Source: Tubiluchus corallicola (Eukaryota; Animalia; Priapulida). Taken from it: a stretch of 64,000 nucleotides of DNA. Under the pieces are notes generated by a model. The model was not told where the DNA came from and did not search any database. It worked only from the letters and a program-made list of their open reading frames with translations. The DNA lies in NCBI GenBank assembly GCA_030141605.1, contig JAQGDQ010000007.1, positions 1,165,173-1,229,172 on the forward strand. Direction: 5' to 3'. The position numbers and the translations under genes were made by a program. Positions 24,541 to 39,212 of this stretch are shown here, in pieces (position 1 is the stretch's first letter; the number at the start of each line of letters is the position of its first letter).

Positions 24541-27500
24541 CGGACAGTTCCCAAAAAATGCCTCTGGCCATCCATGTGCCTGTAAACAGAACACAGATAG
24601 TCACCCATTTTTTTCGTGTGACACTACTATTACAAGAGAAAAATGGATTACCAGTATTATAACTGTTTGCACTTAAACTAGAAAAGAGTTTGATCTAAAC
24701 CAACAATGAAGACACTACACTGTACTTTATGTTTCCACTGTAAAAATCAGGCTGCAGAACTACGTTTCTCTGTTTTTAATACAGCACTCTGAAAGCCAAA
24801 ATCTAGTGTTAAATCCAAACACATTATCATTTCTCTAGGTTAGACACACAAGTGCCATAGTTTCAATGAGATAAATAGCCATGCGTAATATAGCAAATAA
24901 AGTACTAGAGAATACAACTAAGACTTTGAACATGATCAGTCAGATGACATTAAAAAAAGGCAATAATCTACAACCCATCTTCTGAACAAGGAGTTTTTTA
25001 ATTCTGTTCCTTTGTTGTTTAAACAATTTACATTATACATATCTTTAAGATTCATGAGCCCTTATGTAAACCATACTGAGAAAACTTGGTACATGCACAC
25101 AGTATGCAGGTATAGCAGATTAGGGAAAATGTCATTCGACTGCAGCAATGAAGTAATTGCTATTTTATATGATACCATACAAACTATATCATGGTGCTGA
25201 GTATGCTTCCTTATTTAATGCTGAGCTAGTACACTAAATTCGACTGTCGGATTGCATGCAATCATTCTACAGATTACCTGCTTTTTATGACATATTATCA
25301 TCATAATTATTTATATAAGGAAACTGTTTCTGGCATGTTAGCAAATCTAAAGTAATAGTAAGTGACAGAAGGTTGTGAAATGTCTCCATCGTATTGTCAA
25401 CTTGACACTTAACTTCAGAAAAACACTTTGCACGTGCACATTAAGATTCAACAAACGGTTTGAAAATCCCCGGAACAGCAAAAAGATACACAATTAAGAA
25501 ACAAACCAGTGCAGAGCGTCACAGACTTCATCGGATGGTGACGTTGATGGCGAAAAATTGGGTAGTCCAGATGCGAGGTATCACTAAGCATAGCTTTAAT
25601 GTCATCAACAGATGTCACCCCAGGAAGCTCTTCGATTTTTGCAGCTCTCATTTTAGATGACTGCTGCTTACCCTTTTCTACAAGTCGTATTCGTCTATAC
25701 CTTTAAAACAACTTCCATTTTAGATTTCAAAGAATTATTAAGAAGTACGAAAAATTAATAAGTTAAAAGATAAAACAGCAAACTGTAACGTGCTGTTGAT
25801 TGACATATAGCATTGCAGAGGGATGTTAGTACAGAATGTCAGCAACATAGATATATGCACCAAAGTTACACTACTTAATTACACACTGTAATGTGCGGAC
25901 AGCACATTTAGGCATGGCCATTTGGGCATTGGAAAAATTAGGTGCCAGACACTTGGGCACTGACTTGTTTAGACATTTTTGTACCATTGCAGGTACACTT
26001 AATTGTGCGGTTAGATCCAATAAAACTCGACCATGCAAGGATACCGTAACATCATTTCTGTGTTGCACTACAAATCACATTGCCTAGCAGCCTAGACTTG
26101 TGTGGGAATCCTTGTCCTTTGCCTAACTGGTGATTGCCGATTGAACCCATTAACTGATGGGTATAGTATTACTGCTGTCATCAGCTTACTATGCACTGCA
26201 AAGGCTTTTAACTAATTTTAGAAAAGAAGTTATGCCTAAATTACTTTGTGCAGTTAAAAATTAGAAAAAAATATTTTAAAATATTAATTTATATAAGTGA
26301 ATTAACAATAAATTAAAAAGTATAGTTTTCTAAATCGTACTGCTCTAAAATTTTCAAATTCTCCTTAACTGTTAGATCTTTATGTTTATGCTCCATTTTT
26401 CAAATTTTTAACTCTATTCCTTTGTTTGCTGCATGCTTACTCTTGTAAGTCACAAGGAATACTGGCTGATTACTGTACCTGCATCTATGATTATCAAAAG
26501 GAAACTGCTAGGCAAGTGATTAAATGTTTAGCTTCCAGAAATTCTTTGGGTAATGAGGTTAAGTGCAGTGGATGAGCAGGTAACAGATTCAAAGCCAAAT
26601 CTCTACGCCAGCGTATTAGCGCATAATAAACATACCTGTTTACAAACAAAACGGTACTTAACAGGATTTGTTTACACATATATAATAGACAAAAGGGAAG
26701 TCAAGATGACATAAAAGTAGGAAAGGCTGTTTGGGCACAAACAAATATCTTATTTTAAGTAAGTGAAGGAAAAATAATTGAGTTAATTAAGCGAAGTTAT
26801 TTGAGTCAATTACCAATAGTTCTTATGTATGTTTGAACAGAAGTGGCCCATTCCAGGCGTTTTTGAGCCAATTAAGTGATTGAGTCTATTAACCATGAGT
26901 CTATTAAGTGGTGACTACTATATATATGTATAAGATTCGCGGCAGCTACAGCTCCAACAATGGCACCATTTGTGATGATCTATATATCAAACGAAGGTCT
27001 CAATCTAGAATCATCTCAGTGGGGTTTATTTTTCGAATCATGCCCACCGTGACAAACAGGGAACAAAAAACTTCGAAAATGGTCCTTTTATGCCTGTTTT
27101 TTGCTAAACTTATACCTCTCATTTCTGGAGAACGAGAATGGACCGGGACTGGTGCAGGTAATAGTTTATAGCCAGTTCAATGGTGGGTGTAGTAGGTGTA
27201 TTTAGAATTCGCGGGAAGGCCATGGCGCCAAGCGATGGGCATTTTCCCGGACCCAACCATGCAAATTTTGCAGAAAGCTGCTTAAACAGCCTCTGGAAAA
27301 ATTCAATTGGTGCAACTGTCTGAGTATGTTGAAAAAAATAAGTACACTTGCAGAAAGAGGACGAAACAGTCTACAAAATGTTGAAGGTTTCACCAGGAGA
27401 AATGTCCAATAGATGAAATGGGAAGTGTGTATTTATTTCAAGGTCCTTTTTAACCCCCCCCCTTACTGCATGCTATTTGGAACACCCATTGTCTTTGAGT

Positions 27501-30500
27501 CAGAAATTTCGAGGCTGTTCTGGGCAGTGTTCTCACCCGCCATTCTACTGTGTCATATTATAAGTAAGTTCTGTTAGCCTAATATTGCATGAGATGCAGT
27601 TAGCAAAACTATGTGAAATGACTGCATATTATTGATCATTTGCTATAGGCACACAGTTTCAACTTTATACAAAATGTTTTGCATGGTTTCACCATGATGC
27701 TCTGCTGTTGGTGTTGGTGTTGTAGCTGTCGTCATCGTTGGTGTCATCATAGTCGTCATCAACATCATGAACACCATGTGATGTGGTGGATTTGGTGGTG
27801 TGTGTGATGAGTGTGCCGCGGATGGTGTGGCGGGGTGGTAGGATGTGTGTGGTGTTGATAGAGTGGTGTAGTGGGTGTAGTGTAGTCTTGTCTGAGTGAC
27901 ATGGTGTGGTGTAGTATTGAAGTGGGTGGTGTGTTGTGACTGGTATGGTGGGTTGGTGTGGTGTGGATGGAATGATTTGGGTGGCACGGTGTAGAGCGGT
28001 GTGGTGTGGGTAGTGTTGGTGTAGTGTGTTGTGAGTGGTATGGTGGGTGGTGTGGTGCAGGTGGTGTGCTATGAGTGGTGTGGCGTATTGGTGTGGTGTG
28101 AGTTGTTGTGTGCAAAATTCTTTTTGCGGGGTTTGGGTAGTCATGTAATTAAAACTGGAAATATCTACAACATGATGCAGTTAGCATAAAAACACAGCAG
28201 CTGAGGACATGTATAATCATACATGTTGCAAAAGATATAGCAAAAGCACTTACAATAATCATTGATCTTGATATCGATAACAATGCGTCATTTAATTGGC
28301 TCACAAACTGATCTAACTGGTTGTTTTTAAGTTGGCAGCTAGTATAAGCAACTAATGAACTAACAGCATATTATTAAAGCACAGCACTCAATGAATGAAG
28401 ATGTTCTGTTGTTATAATACCATTAAATTACTGCACCAGCTGAGTGATATTAAATTCTTGTAAAAGAATTTTTATGTGAAGCACATTTTAGTTTTTTATT
28501 GTTTTGCGATGCACTTGATATTTGTAATATAAAATGTTGTCACACACTAATAAAATGCCATGTAAACTTGCGGTGTCTTCTACTTCGTTCATTTTAAAAG
28601 CTACTACACATAATGCTGAATTACAGTGCACAGTTAAGTAAGTGATTTAAATTGTTACATCCCATATTATTGCAAATGTTTAATTAAGTGAAGCAATGAT
28701 TTTAAAAGTATTGTAAAAGTTAATAAAATAGTGAACTAATGAAAACCTAATTGACAGAAATAAACAATTGAGCATAATATTAAATTTTATTGTTGCCTAG
28801 ATGTTATATGCCGAAAAACTAACACCTCCCCCCCCCCCCAAATACCACATACTCTATTATACGCATCTTGCAGCAATATGGGGAATCACTAATACTGTTT
28901 TATGGGCTCCAAATTCAGAAACTTCATGGCACAGAAAAAGATGGAATTATGTGCATGAGCCTAAATTTAGAAGACTGATTAAGTTCATTACGTATTGCAG
29001 TGGTATCTAGTCGCACTGTGTGGTTGTTCTTCTATCACTTGAATATCAATCCTTGAATTCTTGTCACCTTCAGGGGGATAAGCAACTTCATAATTGATGA
29101 TTTTCTTATTTGCACAATCTGCCAAATTCACGCTGCAAATAAGTACCACAAAAAGAGTTGTTACATGGTTTAACAATGCTTGTCTAAATAAGAAAAGTTT
29201 TCAACCCAAAAAGGCATATCACCATTTGCAAACTCAATACAGTGAATAATAATGTGAATTTAGTACAAGTAGTAGTAGCAGCAGCAGCAGGAGCAGTAGC
29301 AGTAGTTATTAATTGTAACAATGAATCATTATAAGCAGAATGATTTTACAGTCCAGTACAATAAGATAAACAAATACAATTGACCAAGCAAACACTACTA
29401 CATAAACGGAGAAGAGAAACTAAACTTGTGTGTATATTAGTTTTCCAACAACATAAAGCAACATCTAATAGTCATTGTTACAAGCTTTAGACTACAAATA
29501 AATAAATTTGTCAAATCTCATTCAGGATAATCCTGGCACACATTCTCTGTATCAATACATTCACAAATGAAATTATATTATATTTGCACTAAACACTCCA
29601 GCAAATATTATACACATGCTACATGCACACTATGTAAACTATGTTAAGTAATGTTACAATCTCACATAAAAATCTCAAAGCTGTAGCATCCTGCATGATT
29701 AATCAGGAAAATAGGAACAGTTGTTAAATCAATGACAAAACTGAACTCATTTGTTACATTGGTGAAATAATTACTTGCAAAGCAAGGAAAACAATTTAAA
29801 GGTTTACTAAGCTACAGGCCTACTTTTTATACTCCTTATATTGACGTTTCTATCTTGTTCAGTAAAGTAGTGTAGTATGCAGATCCTGTATGCTGTTAGT
29901 AGTAGCATTAGAGTTTGCATGGAATGAAATACACAGACAAAATGCAAATGTACGAAACTTTAGTACAGCTGGAGTAATTTACCTCACAGTTCACGCTATT
30001 AAAAAACTGAACAAAAGGTTTGAATATATTCAGTTTGAAACTGAATAAAAGGTTTTCCAACTTTAATAAAAGTTTATTTATCTAGCTTTTGTGTTTTTAC
30101 TGTTAAGCAATAAAGTAAAGTAAAAAAGTACTAACTTGCAATAGTTTTACAAGGAATGACAAAAAGACACCCAAAAGTATTGGCTAGGAAAGTCCATGGA
30201 AACACAATAATTTTTTTTCATTTTCTTGGCATGTATTTGTCTATTTACATATACTGAATAATGACATTGTAAAACATGTATTAATTATCAATCATGTTAA
30301 ACCTTTTATTAAACCACTTTGACTAGTCCTGCAACAATTCTTTCTATATTTACCCATTTGTATTTGTCATTTATAAGTTTTGAAGAAACTTACTGCAATT
30401 CAAAATAAACTTGACATGTTCTAATCTCAGTCTAATCTCAGTCTGCTTTATGTCATTCTTGTATGCTTACTTGCGGTCCAATAACACAGAATCAAGAAAA

Positions 30501-33500
30501 TCAGTAGTACAGAAGCTAAAACTCACCTAATTCCACGGGCAACAGCAGTATTCTTTAAAATGACATCAACATCGTTTATACACTTAGCAGCAAGAAGAGC
30601 TCTTGTCACAAAAACAGATGCTGTAAAGAAACAAAAAAATTTTAGAATAAGCCTGAAAAGATACAGAGTGATTTTTATTAAAAGTAGGTAGTGATTACAA
30701 CTCATGTTTAGTTATAAAAATCAATTTTCAAGCAAAATGATGCTTACGAATTTTTCCTCGGGCAAAACCTTTAGGTGCCATCGTATTTATGGTATAGATA
30801 ACTCCATACTTGTTGAAGCTCATGCAATAACCAGGAAGAAATCCAGGATATATAAATGAAGTAAAATTTTCTTCAACCACAGCAAACTTTCCCCTTGGTG
30901 ATGAGCTTATTATATGTGCCTGGACCACCGCACAATTGTACTCAAATGCCAAGCATGCATCTTCTGTATGACCCATACCAAGCTGTAAACATATAATATA
31001 CATACGTGGAGAAGGGTTCAAAAGGTATGCTTCTCCCTTCTCTCATAACAATCGCTGCTTTTATTAGTAAGACTTACGTAACTGCTAAAAAAATTTTAAG
31101 TTAGCAACTCTTGTATATGTTCCATATATGCAACACTTCCGTATTTGCAAATAACTGTTACTAAAAAATAAATTACGGTATCTAATGTAATACCAGCAGG
31201 AATACAGAGAATTTGTGTGGACTCTGTATAAAATAACCATGAAAAAACTATGCCAAACAAACAGGATAATGCACTTGTTTTTCTAAAATTGCAAAGTTTT
31301 GTTAATATTCACACAAGAAACAGAAGATGTTCACACATTTCTACAAAGAACTTGTCCACCAGAAATGAAATGAAAATAGCGATAATTGCACTTTCGGATA
31401 AGTTTCGATTACGGCGAAATTTATTAAATTTCGTAGTGGAAATTTCCGATAATTTTCCATAGCATTTTCTGTGCTTTTACTAGTACTTATCCAATTTATC
31501 TTTTGTTTTCTCCTAGTTATGAAAAATTGCTGAAAAATCTTGGCTAAATTAGTTCAAATAAAGCAAAAATTTCGTTTGTATAACATTTTGTGATATGCTT
31601 TTACCGGCAATGCAGCATGTCTTCAGTGCTGATGACTACAAAGTTTTAGGGTCTCCAGGCCCAATCAACCGAAATACCACATTTGAATTTACTTAGCAAA
31701 ATCACGTTTTTTTTATAATTTGTGAAATATCTACAAATTAAAGTTTGTTTATTTTTAACGAAAAGTTAAGATATTTAAATATTAATCATTAAGGATACTT
31801 AAATAAAAAGATATTATAACACATTTCTAAGGTAAGCCACTCCATCAAACTTGAGGTTCTATACTATAAAACATCTTTGTCCTTTTTGTATTAGAATTTT
31901 TCATCAGTAATTTTGCATCACAGCAAATGAAAGCAAACAAACAAAAAACAAATTTTTTTATTTATTTTAGAGTTTTTTTAAGCTTTAATAGTAGTTAGTT
32001 TTGCAAAAATGTTTTGGTAATCTATGTTTCATAAATTTCGGTCTGTAAGTTCAGTTTCGGTAACATCCCTGTTGTCCACCATAAATAACTGAAACATTAA
32101 GTTCATTGCTTATTAGTACTTTACGGTAGTTGAGAGGATGCTGTTAAGAATGCATACGTATCAATGATGTTCACTGTTCAAGAACAGTCCTTCAAAGATT
32201 TACGATGTCACTGTGACGACCACTGGCACCATTTTTGACTGTCTATGGTGTATTGTATAAAAGAATAAATAGTTTTGTCAGGAATGCAAAATAGGCGTTG
32301 CCTTTTACTTTATCCGAGCACGCCAGAGTTCATCACATGTGGATAAAAACAATTTTTAATACTAATTTTTTAAGGCAAGGGGTTTTTATCCAGACTTTTT
32401 TAACGAGGGTCCTAGTAGTTTGATTAAAACTGATGCTATTTTAGGCCATTATAATTTGTACTTAGAAATGACGAGGACGAACAGGAGGACAAACAAACGT
32501 TATTGCTTTTTTTATAAAAAAAACGTGTAAAAATTATTTAGTGGCAATTTCAAAAATAATATTTCTACAAATCACTTACATACATACATATAACGAAAGA
32601 ATTCAGTTAACCCCATCCCAGGTATAATAGGAAGAGAGGAGAGGATAATTACCGAAGAGTTCCATTGTCGCTGCAGCTGTACCAATGGGCTAGCCTCAGG
32701 TCGTGATACCGTGGGTCCAGTTATCCAGGATCACATCTCAAGAATCAAGAAACCACACTGCTGGGGCTCACGCATTGCAGACTCCACCACCAGAGGGTTA
32801 GAAACAAGGATCCAGGGTCTCGAAACGTCTCCGTTTACTCCTATACTGTAGGAGTCAGCAAATGACGGAGGAAAGGAGAAAAGTTCCTCGTTCCCAGTCT
32901 TCAACTAGGCAACCTCCTTAGGCAGTTCCAAACTCCACCCAACAACCGTCATGATCTACGTGGCCAGATTACGAACACGACGAAGTTTCCTGCAAACTAG
33001 TAACACTGCCTAGGAACCGTCTGGTTTCCTCTCAGAGAAATTTGATTACACTGAGAACACCAAAACTAGCGAACTCATTATGAGATCTCAAAAGTTATGA
33101 GATCTCAAACTTGCTGCCACAAAACGTGTGCTTCCAACGCAGCTTAAAAACCCGTAATGGCGGCAATAAGGAAAAATCACGGTTCAATGCTTTTCCAGGA
33201 GCGCGAAAATTATCCTGTAACCATTCAAGACATGTGACAGGAAGATCGCCATCAAACAGGGAAAAGGGGAGAGGTATTAAAGGATGGGCAGAAAACCAAC
33301 CCAAACATAAAACAGAAATGAATATTTTATTTGGAGTACAAAATGAACTTTAGCATAATTTTAATACGGACGAGGACGTCTGTGACGTCACAGTCACATA
33401 TACTACAATTTACCTGCCCTGGGCTATTCAAGTACACATCTGTACAACCAGCTATACCATGACTCTCAGGAGCATGTTTTGATATCTTTGTAGATTTATC

Positions 33501-35774
33501 CAAGTCAAGTGGAATACTTTCATAGTCAATATCCAGATCAATGATAGATAAAAAGATCTGCAAAAATAATAATGTTTAGAGGCAAACTGCTAACCGTATT
33601 AAAGTACCAAAGTAACTCTACGCTAGAGTCACACTTTATCCTAAGCTGATTTCTCATCATTGAATAAACAACAATTTTGAGAACAGCAGTCAGTGCATGC
33701 TTTCAAAAAAATATTTCAATCCTAATATGGCCAAAGTACAACTAAACGACTTGTATATTCCTAAATATTAATTTATTCACTTCCACATATATATATATAT
33801 GAACATTTTTCTAAACAGTATGATTCCATTTTATGGGGGCTTGGAGTATTTTACAGAAGCTTGTACCTGTATATAGAGTAATGAGTGTACACAAACCTTT
33901 TCAAAAGGTTGTTCGCTTCCATCACAAATGCCTTGAAGTTCCTCCACGTACTGCGGAAATGCATCGTTTGCTGCATCAAAAAACTCACTGTATATCTATA
34001 AATGAAATTATGTGCATGTACTGTAATCTACGTAGGATGACACTGGAAATCTATTAGCACTTAGCACCAATTACGTCAAAACTAAAACTTTTTATTCAGG
34101 GTTTCACACAGTTGTAGCTTTGCTTCAAAACAAACAACCCATATGTTTAACTCAACTCCTACAGTAGCAATATCACTCTGAATTTATTTGTTTATAAAAA
34201 ATAAAACACACCTGCTGTAAATTTACAGACTCATTACTGAAATAGATTTTACATACCTACATCTACATAAAAATATTTATTCTTGATATCTCATTGAATA
34301 AATAAAAATGAAAATAAAAAACTATTTCTCTGAAAATATTGTGGTATAATAAAACGTATTCTGCTAATTGCAAGAATAAAATTTTTATTAATTAACTAAA
34401 ATGTTCAGACAAAATTTTATGACACATTTTTGGTTTTAACTATTTATTACACGCTAACGCCACAACCTAACAAGTGACATAATAAAATAACCATGAAACG
34501 CAAACAGTAACATGGAATTATAGCTAAACAATAAACAATTTTAACTTATTCATTGACAATACAAAATTAACATGAGTAGAAGCAGGCTTATTTCTGATTG
34601 GCACACGATGAAGACTAGTTGTTTTTTAATCAAGCAGCATCCTTCCTTCCTCTGTGTATCCTGTACAAGATGTTACTCCCTACCAGTAGCTTTCTACATT
34701 ACATATAAACATGTGCCTAACAATCCTGTAAATATAATGTTCCACCAACAGCTACACAAGATGGCTATGTTCCAATATCTTCACTATCTTCAATAACTTC
34801 ATTAACAATCTCGCTAACTACCAAGTAGTCTACAACTGTAACATTAACCATCCAGATCATATCAGCACTTCACATGCCACAAAACCAATTTAACTCCAGA
34901 ATATCAATTACAATAACAAGTCAATTGTTTGCGGAGAAAAAGATGTTATCAGTTTGAAATTTTAGCTACGAATAATGCTTATCTGACAAAATAACCATTA
35001 CATTATACCTAGAGAATGCACAATAAGCTTTGAAGGACATTGTATTTGCTAACATCTTGTAAACATCCTTTTGTTGAGGGTATGACTAATCACTAACTCG
35101 TGACGTGACACAGCAGAAAACATAAACAAGCCATTAGCTTATTTGATATTACAGATAGTAAATATAATAAAATAATAAATCATTAATCTTCATTTACATC
35201 ACTATTTGAAACAAATCTTAGTTAATTAGCTACAATAATAATTTGATACTAAAAACAGTAATGCACAATAGGTCACACACCTTCCTCCCCAAGTCACTGT
35301 CAATAAATTTCAGAAAGTAGTCAATATCCGTATTAACTTTGTAGAAATCAGAAATTTGTTGCTTGAACGTCTTTCCCTGAAAATACTTCCTAAAAAATAA
35401 CTCAACAATGGTACATAATTAATAAACATAGTTGATTTACATAACAAGTAAAAAGTGAGAAAATATATTAATGACAGCCTTTGGCTAAGGCTAGTCAAAA
35501 TTCTGGCAATTAATGAATTAGTTAAATAGTTAATCTTAGTTGGGTCAGAACTATAATTTTTCACAAATACGAAGCACGTTTAACTCATGTATTTCTGGTC
35601 TAGATGAGCTCCCAGTCAAGGCAAAAACCATCAGCTTTAATTCTAGAAACTACAGTCATTACAAATTACACACAATTAAAGAGAACTTGACAAACTTACT
35701 ATAGCAAACCCAACATCATAATAGCCACCAGAAGCATGAAGAACTGGCAGAAACAAAGCTTGAGCTGACAACAT
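24345..35774 (-). CDS. tan: C45-family Ntn-hydrolase (tan-like), paralog 2, 9 exons, 392 aa
   Basis: Exons (minus strand): 35774-35700, 35376-35281, 33995-33897, 33557-33414, 30982-30748, 30620-30527, 29132-28992, 25700-25507, 24445-24345. GT-AG introns, same intron positions and phases as paralog 1, 1179 nt open. Motifs FPQYVEELQGICDGS, G|CTD (Cys128), GHTED, YPGFLPGYCMSFNKYG, TRALLAA, YHCN, MLSDTSHLDYPIFR, TLCTGIFDL. The symbol means tan-like. Confidence 0.9.
26125..26918 (-). mobile_element. Tc1/mariner (pogo/Tigger-like) MITE, diverged copy of the 62350-63166 element
   Basis: Reverse-complement similarity along its length (e.g. aaaaggaaactgctaggcaagtgattaaatgtttag vs ctaaacatttaatcacttgcctagcggtttcctttt). 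The terminus gagtctattaagtggtgactacta is preserved; the other end is eroded. Confidence 0.8.
26918..28140 (+). mobile_element. diverged Helitron related to the 18591-22500 family, with a TG-rich internal segment
   Basis: 26918-27300 matches the 5' half of the array unit (taagattcg..gctacagctc..ggcaccatttg..gatctata..tcaaacgaa..ttttcccggacccaac). The 3' end gcaaaattctttttgc-ggggtttgg-GTAG-T mirrors hairpin plus CTAG. Confidence 0.7.
32600..33090 (+). mobile_element. GC-richer intronic insert, possibly the 5' UTR of an RTE-type LINE
   Basis: Abrupt GC rise, hairpin actccta-tactg-taggagt, and ggcaacctccttagg..aaactcc reminiscent of RTE leaders. No ORF support. Confidence 0.25.
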
Positions 35775-36562
35775 GACCACTAAATCTACTGGCTTTTTCT
35801 TCGTAATCAATTACAAAATCATTCAAATTGTGCATATCAGTAGCTAAACAAACTCTGACTTTTCACTTTGCTGGTGAAAGAACTTCTCAGATAGACTGCA
35901 ACTGTCTGAAGCAAGCAAGAGCAAGACATGTCTCTGAAAGCATAAAATACGGTATTCTCAAATTTTCCTAAAGATGTGTGAAAGGCACAAAAATCACCAA
36001 AGAAACGGATTGTTTTCAAAACTAACGATTTCTTCCACTCCCTTTCTCAATTGACGTTGGCTCGTTAACTTTGGTTTTTCGCCACCCTTTCTCTATTAAT
36101 TTTGTATTTTTGTGCATTTATTTTTATATGTTATATAAAAATGTAAAACAATAAATTAACAACCTTATCTAACCTAATCTTTTTCATCTTATCATTATGC
36201 TCCTAGTCCTAGACAATTGTTCTAGAGTTTAGACGTGTTTTCTCTTTCTTGGTATAGTTTGCTCAAGTCCCAAGCGAAATTAAAATAAAATTTCGAATGC
36301 GAAAAGTCTTCTGTGCTCTGATATCAGTAAGAACCACAGCGTTAGTAATTTAAGTTTAACGAATTATTAAAAATCCGAAATACAGCTCTGATGTTAGGTC
36401 CTCAAATTTGATCAGCACCTGGGCGGCTCATCATCATTAGGTAGTTACTGGGCAGAGAAATTCTAAAACTGTCACCAAGTCAGGCAAACACAACGATAAT
36501 ACAGCAAAGAAGTAGACACTGCTAAAGTCTGCTATGCTACTGGCTTGTCAGCATTCACTGTT

Positions 36563-37471
36563 GTAGGGCGCCGAGTAACCCACTAGCCGAAATAGGACAC
36601 TTCCGGCAAAAAGCATGTGCTAAATTTGCGCAAATGCAGTGACGTACAAGGGCAGCCCAAGTAGGGCACTGGCGATTTTTGACGGGAAAACGAGAATTAA
36701 GATGACATAATAAGACATAAACCTAAATTTGTTTTAGGGAAAAAGTAACTTTATAGTCCTTGACAATTTACAAAATTAATGTATTTTTACAATAGTATCA
36801 TCAGTATTATTAGCTACATTAAAATCATTATAACATTATACTAAGTATCTTATTCTAATGCTTTAAAGAGAGAAAGTATGCACACAGTTATTACAGAAAT
36901 AATTACAACTTTAAAAATGAGACAGATGCTGCTTTCACAACACAAAAAAAAGTTTTTTTTTTAATATTTAGGAAAAGCATAGACAATTAGTTTTAATAAT
37001 ATCAGTAGTATTGTAACATGTAGGGCACTGTCGTACATGGCTTGCTAGCCCATGTAGGGCACATATATCGCTAGAACGTTTACTTAGGAGAAAACAATTA
37101 TTCGTCCAAGAGGTAGTGAAATGGATTGCCTGTCTGTGAAGCGAGACAAAATAAAAAATGATATACCTTAAATAAATGTTGAAATCGCTAAAAAGTGGGT
37201 TTATTTCACTTCAACAACATTAATATCGAAACCAAATTTAATATTGTCCGTTCTACCAGCTCAGAATAAAATTCTTTTATTTTACCAGATGTATAATAAA
37301 TTATTCGACGTGTGTTGACGTTTTTAATTGTTATTATTACATAAACAAGGACAACGGACGGTGCCAGTACGCTTAACGACTCAATTCGCGACCTGTCTCT
37401 AGTGTCCTACTTGGGCTAGCCCATGTACGCCAATTGTCCTACTTGGGCTAGTGGATTACTTGGCGCCCAAC
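36563..37471. mobile_element. MITE / non-autonomous DNA transposon with TIRs of about 37 bp and subterminal repeats
   Basis: gtagggcgccgagtaacccactagccgaaataggaca vs tgtcctacttgggctagtggattacttggcgcccaac; the internal motif agccca(a/t)gtagggcac is repeated. Confidence 0.75.
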
Positions 37472-39212
37472 AACTGTCACTCAATCATTCTTCATCATCA
37501 TCATCATACGCCCGTCACGTCTATTGTAGACATTGCAGGCAGAATTCTAAAATAAAAGAAATCTGCCTTCAGACAGGTAAACGCAGCAGTAATTCAGCAA
37601 AAAAACTAGACACTGCTACGCCAGTACCACTTCCGTTGGGAGCCGGAAACCTCGAAGAAATAGGGGCAACCTTTGTTCAATTGGGCCATCTAAGCGCATT
37701 TCTAATGTTCCATATATATTCATCTCATTTTGGGAAATTATTTTAAACCACTCATGAAGAGTAAACTGAAATTTACTTTTTATTGTTGAATGACTCTTCC
37801 TCTAATTGAAAATAAGCATTATAGACGTACAACGGCCAGAATCTGACCGAAATCCTCAACGAACTGACCGTTGACCAACATACAACTAATCGACAAGCAA
37901 CTATGCCCACTATCCAATAGATATCTTTGTAAGTTAGAACCACTACACTCCAGGATACAAGTTCTAAGAGTAAGTGAACATTTACAGTCTAAATAGCATA
38001 AATCAAATTAAGTAATAAAAGTTTAGAATTATTTAAACCTTTATTATTAATCTTGTTGCATGAGAGCAAGAACCTATAGTATCTGGATTCAGGCTTATAC
38101 TAGAAAATGAGAAATGAAGAATTGTCAGTCTTTTGTAAATCAGAATAGTTCTTGTAATTTCATTAACGCAGTAGTTTTTTGTGGGCGTGTTCAAGCTTTC
38201 ATTTATCTTCTATTTTGAAAGCTTTTGGCTACTTGCCAATTTTATCTTTGTGGCATATATATAATGGTTTTGTGCTGACTAGTATGCAACTAATTGCAAA
38301 TGCATTGATCTTTCTGGTCTTTAGGATCTGTTTCATTATTAATTTTGATACTAATTAAAAATAATGCAAGTCAAACTGGCAGCACAGTTTCGAGTGCTAA
38401 AATGCTTAAAGCTAATGTAGTAAGTTAAACAATGTGTGTACAGCACGAAATTCAGGGGAGATATCTAAGCGGTTAAGCCAACTTGGTGACTAACTTAGTC
38501 GATAACTTCCCCCTTCATTTTGTTAGAAGTACGCACGCCCGTTCCAATGTAGAGTTTAGGAAAATTTAATTATATCCATGTTACCATTCATCACACGAAT
38601 TATAATTATAACCCTCTATTCACTGCTATTTAACTTATATTTGTTGCACAGGTGTGATGATTCAAGAAACTACCACGATAGAAAATTGACAAATCTTAAT
38701 AAATATTACAAGTATATCTACAATTAAAATCGTAAGAGATTTAATGTTTATGTTCGTTGCAGATACAATGCTTTTGCAATTGTTATTGTATACGATTACA
38801 TTATGGCAGGTGTTCTTGCACTGGACAATTTATTTATTTGCGGAGGACAAAAAAGTGCTAACTGTTAAAATTAGATTTGGTACACTAGCGCTCTGTTATC
38901 ACCACCTACAGATTCCATGTTTCTGATGTAGCTGTGTCCGTCCAGCACTTAAGAATTAAATACACATTGTTATCGTCCAATTTTAAAAGCCCATTCTTAT
39001 TTTTACAATAATTATTATTAGTTCGACGACTTATAATATTTGCAACTGATGCCGAGAAGCAAGAAAAAGTTAATTTTAAATTGATTTAAGTTGCATGTTT
39101 CCATAATTCAGATAAGTATAAATCTGGTAGGGTGATTAGATATTATGACCTCTGTTCAATACGAGAAAGTGGTAGCAATTCGTTAATCTGTTAAAGTTGT
39201 TTAATTAATTGA

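Noticed and set aside
24536-24579. Third possible terminal-exon acceptor (tttacag|GC ACA TGG..., GTWMARGIFWELSV*)
   Set aside because: No similarity to the conserved C-terminus; likely a chance AG.
27643-28144. His/Thr-rich ORFs here and at 39253-40267
   Set aside because: Translations of TG/CA-rich low-complexity DNA, open in several frames at once.
32860-32940. HDV-like ribozyme in the putative RTE leader (ttcctcgt)
   Set aside because: I could not form the P1/P2/P3 pairings by eye; a covariance-model search would be needed.
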